Part shown: positions 1 to 12,400 of the stretch, one piece after another
Layout: each line of letters starts with the position of its first letter
Position numbering within the stretch: the stretch's first letter is position 1
Source of the DNA: Mobula hypostoma
Taxonomy: Eukaryota
Direction of reading: 5' to 3'
Length of the DNA stretch: 64,000 bases
NCBI RefSeq assembly: GCF_963921235.1
Contig: NC_086097.1
Location: 129,520,001-129,584,000, forward strand
The notes under the pieces: model-generated
The model's input: only the letters and a program-made list of their open reading frames with translations
What the model was told of the DNA's origin: nothing
Database searches by the model: none
Made by a program: the position numbers and the translations under genes

Positions 1-689
1 TCAACCACCTCCAACCTCTGACCTATGAACCAACTCTTCATTGCAAGAATGTGAGTTAGAAAACTCATCCTCAAATTCTTCTATCAACACCATCTTGAAG
101 AAATGATAAAAGTTGCACAAAATCAATCTGCTACATAACCCATGATATAATGGTTGTGGGAGAGATTACGAGAAAGAAAGATTCATGCAAATAAGAAAAG
201 GAACAATCCATTGCTATCAATGTTCATGAGGGTTGGGTAAAGAAAACCCATTTAAAGCAAAACATTGAGAAACCTGATTAATCTTGAGTCATGTTTCATT
301 TTGTTATTCATTATTGACACACAATGAAAGTTAAGCAGGACTGATGGGAGTTTGGGCAAAGGTGATATAATTGTCAAACTGGAGTCCAGGGTTCACTTAC
401 ATTGTCATCGTAAAGTGGAGGAGAGGATCTCCTGTCTGTTGGAAAAGCAGCTCTGTATTTAATCTATTACAAAAGAGGAGCTTTTCTACAACTGGTGAAA
501 CAAAAAAAAACTGCAAGGCTGAAAACCCAAAGTAATGCTGAAGTACTCAGCAGGCCAGGCAGCATATGTGGAAAAAAAACACTTCAAACTGACAATCTTT
601 CATCAGAATTGTTTTTTCATCTCTCCAGATGCTAAGTATCTCCATTATTTACCTGCACTTTTACCTGTTGTTAGTGCTCCAAAATCAGT

Positions 690-1490
690 ATATATGCACA
701 CCAACACTCTCTGTAGCTCCCTCTACTACACACACTGTCTAATCCACACTCACATGCACAGAAGTACAAATTGTCTCTCTTTCTTTCACACACACACACA
801 CAAACACTCTTTCAAACAAACACGTACACAGACATGCAATCTCGTCCACACACACACCCACACCCACAGAGTCTCATATACATTCACACGCTCTCTCTGT
901 CTCATTCATATTTACATACATACAAACACACACTCCCATCACAAGGTGGGTAGATGGAGCTCATCAGACTGGGAAGGCAGTCCATCTAAGAGAGGGAAAA
1001 CTCCGATTTCAAACCTCCGCTGCCTTGCAGCCATACCCACTCATGGGAAAGGCTTTGGGAGTAAACCCTGAGGACAAATTCGGAGCTGGAGTCCCTAAGG
1101 CAGTCCGACGTGGCCTTCAACCTCGTTCTGGCAACTCCTGCGACTACACTGGTGCCAAGCTGTATCGGCCTTTGCCCTTCCCTTGGACAAGATCGGTGTC
1201 GTGGAGAGGGGAGACTTGCTGCATGGGCAACTGCCAGTCTTCCATACAACCTTGCCCAGGCCTGCACCCTGGAGAATCCAGGCACGGATCCATGGTCTCG
1301 AGAGGCTAACAGATGCCACCACACACACACTCATTCACACTCATACACGCACTCAGTCTCATACACACACATAAGCACAAACCCTCGTATTGTCTCATAT
1401 ACACCCATAGAGATTCATATGCACACACAAACACACGCATTCTCTTTCCTACTATCTCATGCACACACTGTCTGTTTCATATACACTTAA
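690..1490. repeat. Degenerate (CA)n/(CT)n low-complexity tract, split by the 945-1320 insertion
   Basis: Imperfect CACACA/CTCA runs that generate His/Thr-rich pseudo-ORFs. Confidence 0.85.
945..1320 (+). mobile_element. Non-autonomous retroelement, probably RTE-clade derived (copy 1, 5'-truncated)
   Basis: Homologous over about 240 nt to 59380-59615 in opposite orientation. Carries GGCAGTCCATCTAAGAGAGGGAAAACTCCGATTTCAAACC, which I recall from RTE 5' UTRs. Inserted in a CA-rich tract. Confidence 0.65.
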
Positions 1491-2749
1491 ACGCAGTCAC
1501 AGCTTGCTTCTAATATGTTATTCTAGTGTGCTAATAATGATCCACAAAGTCTGACAACAGGTCATCTTTCCACACAGGTAACCAAAATCTTGCTTAAAGA
1601 AGGTAGATTTGGGGGATTGTCTTTAAAGAGAGGAAGAGAGTTTTAGAACCAGGGAGTTTTAGGAAGAGAATTCTGGAGCTTTGGGTCTGGGCTCCTGAAG
1701 ACATAGTTGTCAAAGGTGAAGTGATTAAAATCAGAAAAGTAAAAGAAATGAGACATGAAGGACAAGGGGTTCACAGAGGACTTCGGATCTAAGTCCTCCT
1801 GGCTTTAATTCGTATGTCCTTATACAAGAACACTAACTCAGGAGGGCAACATTCTTCAAAAGTCTGTTCTGCCATTCAATGTGACTCTGCCTTATGTGTA
1901 TCCTTAACTCCATCCTCCAATCTTGGCTCCATTTCCAGCAATACCCTTGAGCAAAGAGTTCTATTTCAGAGCTCAGATGACATTTATGAATCACACAAGC
2001 TTTCCTTTAATTGTTCATGATGTTATCTCCCACACAGGTGTCCAAAATTCTAGAAATGCTTAATTTGCACTTTAGCAGTGGTAAGCACTGGCTTGTAATG
2101 ACTATTTATGATGTCATCTTCTGCAGCTGAGACTCTGATTACACAGCTATAAAGAGTACATTATCTGGCAAGTATCCAAGAACTGGAAATAGAGTGTAGG
2201 CATGGTAGGGAATGAGTTAAACACCTCCTTCTGCATCATCAGTGGACTGCCCAAAGTCTGCCAACATTTGTAAGAGAACAGAACAAGCTCCAGTTGGTTA
2301 GAAAGAAAATCACAACATATGGGAGAGACCACAGCACAGTTTTATAATCAGACTTCATACTAAAATAAAACTACATTTCCCATGCGGCACCAAGCTTACA
2401 ATATGCATGTTCTGGCATGACTTCCATTAAGAGATAAACTTAGATCTGGCTTGTGACTTGTAAGCCGTCATGTCATAAATTACATTTCAGAGAAACAAGT
2501 TTGCATAAGGGTGAGGCATGCCTGAGTAAGATTATCAAAAGAACACAATCAAATGACAGCAGATCTTTACTTAGTTTAATGTGGGTCAATAGTCTTTCTT
2601 TTGGAAAAAGAATTTCCTTTGCTACTTTGGATATTTAGCTCAAAGATGACATGATGACATAACACGGCAAATGTTTTCAGCCAAAGGAAGGTCCCGTTCG
2701 TTGGAGGCAACCTGTGCACAGATCAAGGGAGTGCATCTTCACAGCACCT

Positions 2750-3170
2750 TTTCAGTGGGAAACTCTGTTGTTTCTGAGCAGGAAGATAGCAAGTTCAAAT
2801 CCTTCTCCAGAGATATGAGCAAAATTGCTCAGGCTGATACACTAGTGCAGTATCATGTGTGAGTGCTACAGGTTCAGCCTTCTGAATGAGATGTTAAACT
2901 GAGGCTTCATCTGTGCTCTCAGGTGTATAAAGCATTTCATGTGACTACTTCACAAAACTGCAGGGGAGTTAACTCATGCCTTGGCCAATGTTTATCCCTC
3001 AAGCAAAATTTCTCCGGCAGATTATCAATTTATTGTCACAGTTCTGTTTTTGGGAGCTTCTTGTATGCAAATTGATTGTAATGCTCTCTGCTTTAAAACA
3101 GTGACCACACTTCTCACTGTAAGAACACTCTGGGACATTCTGAAAGGAATAAAGGTGTTACACAAATCTG
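2750..3170 (+). mobile_element. Deu-domain SINE (SacSINE1/AmnSINE1-like), diverged
   Basis: ATGAGATGTTAAACTGAGGC...CTCTCAGGTG...GCAGGGGAGTT...TGGCCAATGTTTATCCCTCAA...CAGATTATC...TGGGAGCTT resembles the Deu central domain. Confidence 0.75.
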
Positions 3171-3378
3171 TTTATTTATTTTAATTAGAATCATTCATTG
3201 CAATATAGCAGAGAATAGGCCTTTCTGGCCCTTTGAACAATGCTGCCCAGCAGTCTCCTCATTTAATTCTAACCTAATCACTGGATAGTTTACAATGACC
3301 AATTATCCTACCAACCGGTATATCTTTGGACTGTGGGAGGAAACCAAAACACCCGGAGGAAACCCACACCATCACAGG
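3170..3378 (-). mobile_element. V-SINE (HE1-like), partial
   Basis: Reverse complement of GTGGGTTTCCTCCGGGTG...GGTTTCCTCCCACAGTCCAAAGA; homologous to 6705-6980. Confidence 0.8.
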
Positions 3379-3419
3379 AAATGGAGAGTGGAATATTCTT
3401 AATACACTGTTTAAGAAAT

Positions 3420-3715
3420 AAAAACAGGAGCTGGCTTTTGATTCCTTAAGCCTACTCTGCCATTCAATAAGTTCATGGTTGATCCATAGTTTATTAACAT
3501 GAAAAAAAATCTATTAATCTTTGTTTTAAATATACTCAGTGACCGAGCCCTCTTTGGTAGGGAATTCCAAAGATTCTCATTCCTTTGGGTGATGAATTTT
3601 CTTCTCTATTTCTGAGCTGGTTGAACAATCCTTGAATTCTAGATTGTGAGTCCTGTCTGGAGAAACATCATCTCTGCATCCACCCTGTTGAGCCCTTAAG
3701 AATTCTGTACTTTTC
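3420..3715 (-). mobile_element. CR1 LINE 3' fragment (host of the L1; continues after 4397)
   Basis: Similar to the CR1 3' region at 54930-55330. Confidence 0.65.
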
Positions 3716-4396
3716 TCGTTTTTTGTAATTTATTTTTTGTTGAAGTTCATCATCAAATAAACATTTCCCTAAGATGTATTTCAGATACTGTACATATATA
3801 TTATAAAATCATATTTGTCACAAATCTCCACATAATATTTATCTGAGGTATACACTTATAGAAAGGAGAGGAAAGAAAGAACAATCGAAAAAAGAAATCT
3901 ATGTACTGAGTAGGGAGTGATTTTTTTTTTACAACATATTCATTGACTTGTGAGAATAAAATCAGGCCTATGAGGTGTTATGTAGTTAAACCATTTTTCC
4001 AGTCTGAATAAAATTGTTCCAACTTATGATTAACAGATGCTGTTATCTTCTCCATTTTGTAAATGTCCATTGTAATTTCCATCCATACATTTAAAGTTGG
4101 GCTCTCCCGTGGTAACCATTTCTTGGTAAGGTCTTTTTACCAGCCACCAGCAGTACATTCATTAAATATTTAAATATTTTCAACCATTCTTGAGGTATAT
4201 ACCTAAAATATATGGTCTTATTCTCTAAGGGTATTTCACATTTAAAGATGTCTTGTAGGGCATTATGTATCCCACTCCAATAGTCTTTGATAACGGGGCA
4301 TTCCCAGAAAATATGATAATGGTCTGCATTTTGATTTCCACAATTTCTCCAGCAAACAGGGGGGTTACGATCAAAATGGGATTTCTGAAAGGGTGT
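3716..4396 (-). mobile_element. 5'-truncated L1-clade LINE with 15-bp TSD, inserted in a CR1 fragment
   Basis: Minus-strand translation PVCWRNCGNQNADHYHIFWECPVIKDYW...MEKITASVNHKLEQF resembles the ORF2 CCHC C-terminus. A-rich tail; TSD AATTCTGTACTTTTC at 3701-3715 and 4397-4411. Confidence 0.88.
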
Positions 4397-4504
4397 AATT
4401 CTGTACTTTTCAATGAGATTATATCATTTTGGGTTCTGTTGAAGCAACACAGGACAACAATGCCCAATCTAAATTTTATCTCTCTATACTACACACAGTC
4501 TTTC

Positions 4505-4775
4505 TTCCCAGTGTTTAAGGTGAGAGTGGAGAGATTTGTTGGGATCCTGAGGGACAACTTCTTCACGCAGAGGATGATGCGTACATAGAGCAAGTCAGCA
4601 GGCAAAATGGTTGAGGCAGGTACAGGAACAACATTTAAAATATATTTGGTCAGGCACACAGGCACATGAAGAGGAAAGGCTTATGTAGATATGGGTGAAA
4701 CACAGGCAAATGATTAAATGGGCTTCTTGGCCAGCAAGGACTAAGGGTCCTCTTTTCGAACTATATGATTCAATA
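4505..4775 (+). mobile_element. CR1 LINE 3' end fragment
   Basis: TTTAAGGTGAGAGTGGAGAGATTT...CTTCTTCACGCAGAGGATG encodes FFTQR, typical of the CR1 ORF2 end. Confidence 0.7.
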
Positions 4776-5289
4776 ACTCCATAGTCATTTAAGAATAAGA
4801 TGAAATGACCACTTTGCACTCAGCACTCAGAAGGAAGGGAAGCCTCTGAATATAAGAAAGGATATCCAAGCACAATCAATTGCAAAAGTATTGTTAATTC
4901 TGTCAGATACTTGAGCTTGAACCTACCTTTTATTGATAATTTTCCAACAATCTCTTTCTAAATATTGTTAAGAAGCCCCATAATTTTGGTTTACCAATAA
5001 TTTGCAGTGTTTACATCCCATGGTCAATCATAATTCATGGTAACTTGTTTATCAAATAACATACCTTTTAATGCAATTATGCATTTACATTTTCTTGCCC
5101 ATTTGCTTGGCTCTTGCTAACTCAATCCCAAGCAGCTAGCTTAATTGGTATCACAGGTTATGCCTGATACCTCCATGCATTGTAATGGTTCTATCAAGCT
5201 AAGATCCAGTCATGATGAGGATTTGGTTATAAGCAACAAGTGCATGATGAGATTTTTTATTCAGTCCTGGGTAAAACAGCCAATATTAT

Positions 5290-5670
5290 CAAAGACCCCA
5301 CCCACCTCAGATATTCTCTCTCCACCAACCACACCACCCACCCCCACATCAAGCGGAAGTTACAAAAGCCTGAAAGCACATCTCATTAAGCTCAAGGACA
5401 TTTGTAGCACACTGTTTTAAGGCTATTAAATGGTCCCCTTGTAGTATAAGATCGACTTCACCTCAAAATCTACTTTGTTATGGTCTTCAACCTTCCTGTC
5501 TGCCAGCACTGCATTTTCACATTATTCTTCATTCTGTTGTTGTTTTCCCTCGTACTACTGCAATGCACTGTTGTAATGAGATGATTGATATGGATGGCAT
5601 GCAAAACAAATTTTTTCACTGGACCTGGATGCCTGTGACAATACTTCATTAATTTACTTATTTACCAATT
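5290..5670 (+). mobile_element. Rex1/Babar-like LINE 3' end fragment
   Basis: PSSGSYKSLKAH...LKD-like peptide. Tail TATGGATGGCATGCAAAACAAATTTTTTCACT is repeated at about 49730, 51850 and (reverse) 57040. Confidence 0.6.
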
Positions 5671-6704
5671 ACAGATTGAGATATCTAAACTTAATTCAAT
5701 CTCGATGGGAACTTACTGTTTAATTCATGTGGGCTTATCAATAAACAGGTTTAAAATGACATTTTAAAATATAGTAATGCTCTACTTTGCCACTGTGTGA
5801 AAGACAATTCTATTGATTTGGCACTACATTGTTATAAACAACAGGAAGATATTTGGCCACATTGCAATGATTCTTATCCAGTATTCCATTGTGTTGGAAA
5901 CCACTGTCTTTTTTTAATAATACTTTTTATAAGATTTGAACTCTTTAACAAACTCATGTAGCTTTCACACTCACTGGCAGAAAGCGGTATAGCAGCTAAA
6001 CGAACAATTTATCACCATTTCTCATCTTTCATCAGTTAAGTATTAGCACATTACCCATGTGATGTAATTGCTTTAATAATGTAATTTATCAACTAATTTA
6101 TCTCTATCTGAGGAATTTCTCTTATCAAAAAAATGATGGATTTTTCAGAAGCACCACCTTTATTCTTCTGTCTATACACTTCTTCACGTTGTTGCCCAAT
6201 TCTTTATTTGGTTTGCTTAGTATTTGTATGTTCATTAATACCCTAAAATAAACTGAAATCTTAGAATTAAGACCACTTGTCATTCTTGACTCCTGAAAGA
6301 ACCCCAAAGATCAGAAATTAAACAGAGATCCAACATTGCAGAGCCATTGGCTACATCATGCCTGTAGGTCAACAGATTCCCAATTCCTGAGATCCACTGG
6401 AGGGCAGATGATGGTCTCTTCTGTGCCACTAAATAAACTCATCTGACGCAGCCCCTTTCACTGGAATGGGATAATCAATCTGCATTGAAAAGTCAAATAA
6501 AGCTAAATGATTTGATTCATTTATTCTTAAATGAATGTCAATGTTTTGATTAATTTACATGAGGTGAGTCACAGACTCCTAGAGATATACACCATTGAAA
6601 TAAGCCCTTTGGCCCATCGGGTCCATGGTGACCATCGACCACCTAATCCTACATTAATTCCATCTATTCTCCTCACATTCTCATCAGCCCCTCCCACCCC
6701 CCAT

Positions 6705-6980
6705 GTTAGTGGATAGCACAATGCTTTGCAGTACCAGCAGCCCAGGTTTAATTCCCACCACTGTCTGTAAGGAGTCTGTACATTCTCCCCGTGACCATGT
6801 GGGTTTCCTCTGGGTGCTCCGGTTTCCCCCCACATTCCAAAGACATACCGGTTGGTAGATGAATTGGTCAATGTAAATTGTCCTGTGATTAGGCTAGGGT
6901 TAAATCAGGGGTTGCTGGGCAGTGCGGCTCAAAGGGCCGGAGCAGCCCACTCCACACTGTGTCTCAAAAAATAAATAAAA
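6705..6980 (+). mobile_element. Nearly full V-SINE nested in an opposite-strand SINE (6575-6704 and 6981-7085)
   Basis: tRNA-like head (B-box-like GGTTTAATTCC), V domain GTGGGTTTCCTCTGGGTGCTCCGGTTTCC, CR1-like tail and AAAT repeat. Confidence 0.85.
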
Positions 6981-7554
6981 TGGGGAGAATGCACACTCCA
7001 CATAGACAGCACCGGAGGTCAGGGTTGAACCCCAGTCCCAGGAGCTGTGAGGCAATGTCTCTACTAGCTATGTCACTGTGCCCACTTGTTTTGAATCAAT
7101 ATGTTATGTTTCTTAATTCTTATGTTTGTGTATTTTAGTGGTTTCTAGTCAACAGCCACAATGGAGAAAGAAGGAATTCTCAGAAGAACACCAGCACGTC
7201 CCCAGGTATAGCCTTCAATTCTAATTGAAGACCACTTCCCATCCACAGTCAGCTGTACCATGATGCCTCCAGAATACTGGGAGCCTCACCACCATAAAAG
7301 CTTAGTGTGGCCTCTAGAGACATGCCAAACTCATGGGTCAGGTAAGATATGATCGGCCCATTCTTTTGTCTCTCAAAACAAACTATAGAACTCCCAGATT
7401 AAGTTATCTCGATCAAATATTCAAGACACTTAAGAGGAATTCGATACTCTCTCTTCAATTATGGACCAGTGAAATAGTTTTGGCCAGTCTTAACTTGCTG
7501 CAGGACCTTTGCGACTCGTTGAAGGGAAAAGTAAAGGTGATTGGGGATAACCTG

Positions 7555-8120
7555 GCATAGAACAGTACAGCACAGGAACAGGCCTGTCATCCCATGGTGT
7601 CTGTGCTGAACATAATGCCAAGTTAAACTAAATCTGGTCTACTGGTATATGATCCATATCTGTCTGTGCCTTCTATATTTATATGCTTGTCTAAAGGCCT
7701 CGAGCATCGCTTCCACCACTACCCCTGGTATCCTGTTCCAAGCACCTACCAGCCTGTGTAAAAACCTTGCTCCACACATCTCCTCTAAACTTTCCCCCTC
7801 ACCTTAAATGCATGTACTCCAGTACTTGACAATTTCTACACTGGCAAAAAGATTTTGATTGACTAACAGGAAACTAGAGCATCTTAACACCTAAGTTCTG
7901 ACTATCTATGCCTCTCATTATTTTATACACTTATATCACAACTCCCCTCAGCCTTTGATACTTCAGAGAAAGCAACCCATTTGTCCAGACTCTCCCTGTA
8001 GCTTATACCTCTCCAATCTAGGCAGAACCTGGTAAACCTCTTCTGCGCCCTCTCCAAAGCCTCTACATCTTTCCAGTAATGAGGCAACCAGAATTGAACA
8101 AAACACTCCCAAGTGTAGGT
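7555..8120 (-). mobile_element. CR1 LINE ORF2 C-terminal/3' UTR fragment
   Basis: CVQFW-like motif followed by PHYWKDVEALERAQKRFTR. Confidence 0.88.
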
Positions 8121-9369
8121 ACATTGAGGAAATATCACATGAGACAATAAGATTAAGCATCAGAGAAGGTCATTGAGTTCATTGTTCCTGGACATCCTCA
8201 AGGATGTTCTTCTGAGACTGATGATCTGGTATTTATTCTCCATCCAGCATGATGACATGGCCTGGGAATGCTAGCTGTTGACATGGGCCCGTCAAAGTAG
8301 CCAGTGAGTGTATCCTTGTCCAGCATTGATATCACTCGTTCAGATAGACACACAAAAAAGGTACATATAAGATTTATTGAGGAAATAAACAATGACATTT
8401 AAGTCCTTTAGGTCACTTCTTGTGGGAGAAAAAGAAAATAAAAAATGTTTCAGCATTCACAGAGAACTGAAAGGATTCAAAGCTGGATTTATATTCCAAT
8501 TTGGAACTTTCACTTTTCCAGAAAAGTGACATTTGGATTCAAATGACTTTCAGCAATGGAGAATTAGCTGCTTGCATCTTGTATACTAACAGAGAAAACA
8601 AATGCCAAGTCTTGATGGTTCTGTGACAGGCCAGAAATTTCCCAGGTGTATTTCTTTTTCTCAGGACTATAAAAGGTGAGATAGGGAGGGAAGTGAAGAT
8701 GAAAGGAAGAAAAGGAATGAAGAAAGTGTAGTAGGAAGGAGGGAAGTGTGGAAGGAACTGTGGCAGAAAGGAAAGAAAGAAAGATCTCAGAGATTTTCAA
8801 GTGAAATAAATCCTTTGAGAAAGAATGGTTATCTTGTGGATTGAAGTGAGGTGGTTAAAAAGCTGTAGCTGCCTGCATGAAAATCTGCAAGCATCCCCTT
8901 GATGCAAGTGAATGGAAGCAACACTCAGTAAGAACATGTTTTATTGCTGAAATATCCACTGGCTGGATCATATATGAAGATTAGCTGCAAGAACAGTGTA
9001 GCGGGGAGCTGATGGTACTATACTCCACCAAGTAACTCCACCTTCAAGAAAATCAGGGGATGGGAACAAAATTAGAATACCTTTATACCCAAGTTCTGGC
9101 TATGCCAACCGAACCTCAAATCCTACATCTGAATCTGAATGGATCCAAATTGAACAGAAATCTCAATTTTGAAGTTATTTCTGTTTCTGTCTGATTCAAA
9201 TCAAAGGCAGTATGGGATTAAAGTTTGGATTATAGTAATATCGAAAACTTTTATTTCATAATGTTTTGAAAAATAGCCTATGATAATTCATAGTTGGCAA
9301 ATTAAATTCTTTTAAATTGCCTAATTTTACATTCAAGTCAATTATATTTGCTAGAAATGTTAACTAAAA

Positions 9370-9465
9370 GCAGATAATAAGGCAAATATCCAAAGAGTCA
9401 GGCAGCATCTGTGGTGAAAGAAACAAAGTTAACACTTCTGGTCGATGACCATTCATCAGAACTGA
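9370..9465 (-). mobile_element. Penelope-like element terminal remnant with degenerate minimal hammerhead
   Basis: Minus strand AGTTCTGATGAATGGTCATCGACCAGAAGTGTTAACT followed by CCACAGATGCTGCCTGAC. Related remnants at about 520-670, 16080-16165, 17830-17915, 54045-54130 and 60880-60950. Confidence 0.6.
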
Positions 9466-12400
9466 GCTGAACAATTGACCTGTATCATGTCCCATCAAGC
9501 TCACTGTTTGCATTCACTGTGCTTCTTTACTTTTGTGCCTACAAGTTCCACTGTCCTTAAGGTCATATTTTGTCCGTCACACAAAAGAGTTTGCAAGTTG
9601 CAATGGGGTCTTAGACAGTGTAGACATGAAGCTCTACCTTCAGAAGACCACTGAAAGGGAAACTGGGGCAATGGTTCTGTTCCAATCAAAGTCTCTGGCA
9701 CACTTGTAAAAAAAATAAATGTTTAGAAACAATTAAAGAAGATATAATTACATCTTTTTTAAAAGTTACTTTAATTAAATTGCATCAAAGTACTTGCAAA
9801 TCAATAAAGTATTTAGTTAAAATAAAATAATATTTTAAATTGCTTATTTACCCATTCTTCAAGCAGAGAATCCTGAACCACTACCTGCATATTTTAGCTC
9901 CTTCTGTTTCTCTTCAATTATATTTGTATCCATTTAGAATCAACTGTGTCGTTCAATTGGATATAAGTCTTGGGTAGAAGGATGCAAAGAACACAGTGAT
10001 TGTGTTTATAGCGATAATCTTGTACTGACTCATCATTTAAAATGTGCTGTGTTGATGAATAGTGATGTATTTCTTAAGAAGTAAAAGCCAGATTCATTAG
10101 CTGTGTTTTTTTCTATGGCAAGAACTGGACATTTCACAGTAGAAAAGCCACATCAAAATAACTGCATCATATTTTGTGATCCATCAGACGTAATATCAAT
10201 GCTTTCATCAGTTAGTTGGAATGCACGTACTGTGTGCCTGTCATAAGTACACATTTTGTATGGCTAGATTAAACCTACATGTTGTGTATCTGTGTTGTAG
10301 GTGCACTTAGTTTATCTATGTATATGTAAGTGCATATTAAATATACATTCTAAATCTGTGATAAACGTACATACTGTATAAATGTGTTAAATGCAAATGA
10401 CTATTATATAATGTTGGAACATTGGGGTTTGCATTGATAATTAAATTTGACTGCTTTTAGAGGAACATGTATCCTAACATTAAGTGGATAAGCATTTATA
10501 TTTGTGCACTCAGAACTTCATGTTATATATATTTATTAGATGATTATGGGTGGGGTTCAATTCATGTTCCTTCTTGACCCTTATTGTGCATGTCATATTG
10601 GTAAAACTCCTATTTACTTGCATTTGCTTTGTGAGGACTTGCCTTCCAGTGTGTCAAGCAGGCATAAAATGTTGCTGCTTAAATTGAAACTGTATTCAGC
10701 GTTGTGGACAGAAATCTAGGTTATTGCCTTCAAGGGTCAGTTCATTCAAACCTAAATATAGGTTCGTGCTGGTGAAGAGAATGGAGCTGAAATGTAGTTA
10801 CCGACTAATACACTGCAATCACATACAACTGTCCCCTTTAACACTTTACAAATTATATCTGTACAGTACAAACACATCCTAAATTAATGTGGGAAATCTA
10901 TATTACTTAACTTTCCTTTTTGTTTCCAGCATCGTCAATGTTTAACCACAAACTTCCAAATAAAAACATAAAATGGTTTCATTTCTAATTCCCTCTATCA
11001 GATTGCAGATATGCTCTAATCTAAAGGGGAAAAAAATTAGGAGGCATCTGGAGACACTGTTGGATAAACCATCACCGTCCTGTCACCCAATCCATTACCA
11101 CTGTACTCCACCATCTTTTCTATATTAACATAATTATTTTGAAACTGTAAATATATTTGTGTGGTCTTAAGCCATCAACATTTATTTAATTCTAGACTAG
11201 CTCATCGCATAGCTGTTGTTCAATGTTAAAGCAGACATAGACTGTTCAAAATGTTAAAAATAAATACAAAATTTAGCAATCTGGTTTCTGGATGAAAACA
11301 GCAATGCAAAACTCATTCAATTCTTCAATATTAAGTATTTCAAAATCCCATTTCAGAGTTGCTAAAAATTTCATTTACCTACAACAGATAACAATTGTGA
11401 TATTGTGTTTATCATGTGTATGAAATTATGTCATTTTACAGATATATAACTTTAAGTCTTTCTTAAAGATAAACAAATTGAAATAACAAAAAATCTGTTA
11501 ACTCCTTTTCACATTTTTGGTTGCCTTTCATTTTTATTTCTCTTATGCAGTATATAAAGGACTATTTTTTCATAATATTTGGAGTAATTATTCATATTTG
11601 GAGATGTTTCTTTGTGTGAATGAAAGCGACAGTGAGAATAAATAAACAATAAATAGGAATAAATAAGGAATTTAAGAGACATGCAAGAACAAAAAGGCAA
11701 TATATTAAGCTGCAAGAAGGAAACTGGATAATTATTTGATTGGCAGAATAAGAAAAATGAGAAGGCTTGAAAGAAATATATTAAGTTTTTTTTAATAGGA
11801 GGAGATGAGAAAGAGAATCAATTTTATCAAATTAAAAAGAGCTGCAAATCGACACAGCTACCAGGAACCTCTTTCAGTCAGCCCATCTGAAGTTGTTGTT
11901 GAAAGTTCTCTGTCTGGATTCATCCATTTGCCAAACTGTTATGCATTTGATGGAGAACCATGAAGCCTTTTTAAACGCTCACATCATTTACAAGGGTCCA
12001 GGTTTTCATTAAAAAGGAGAGGCAAGCATCAAAGCCCCTGATTTAAATGGCGTGTGCCTCAGCGATTTGAGTGAGCGAATGACAAAGCTGAGAGAAAAAA
12101 TGTTCACTCGAGCAATTATTTCTCCATGGTGAATTTGTATTAGTTTGCTGGAAAGAAGCATATGTTTGGCCTGGGGCAAGACTCCCCCCCACCCCCCCGG
12201 CTGCGGCAGAGTGATCAGACTGAGAGAGGAGACACAGACCTGGGACTGCAGGCACATAACAATCCTGGGTCCAGCACCAGCCGTAGCTTCTGAGTTGTAT
12301 TTAGAACCTGTCACTGTTGAATTATCAGAATTATATTCCTTGTGTCAAGTTATAAAAGGCAAATAAAAAATAAAAATATTACTTGCATTCTAAGTTGCTG

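Noticed and set aside
535..1513. His/Thr-rich ORFs up to 178 aa
   Set aside because: Artefacts of CA repeats plus a retroelement insertion.
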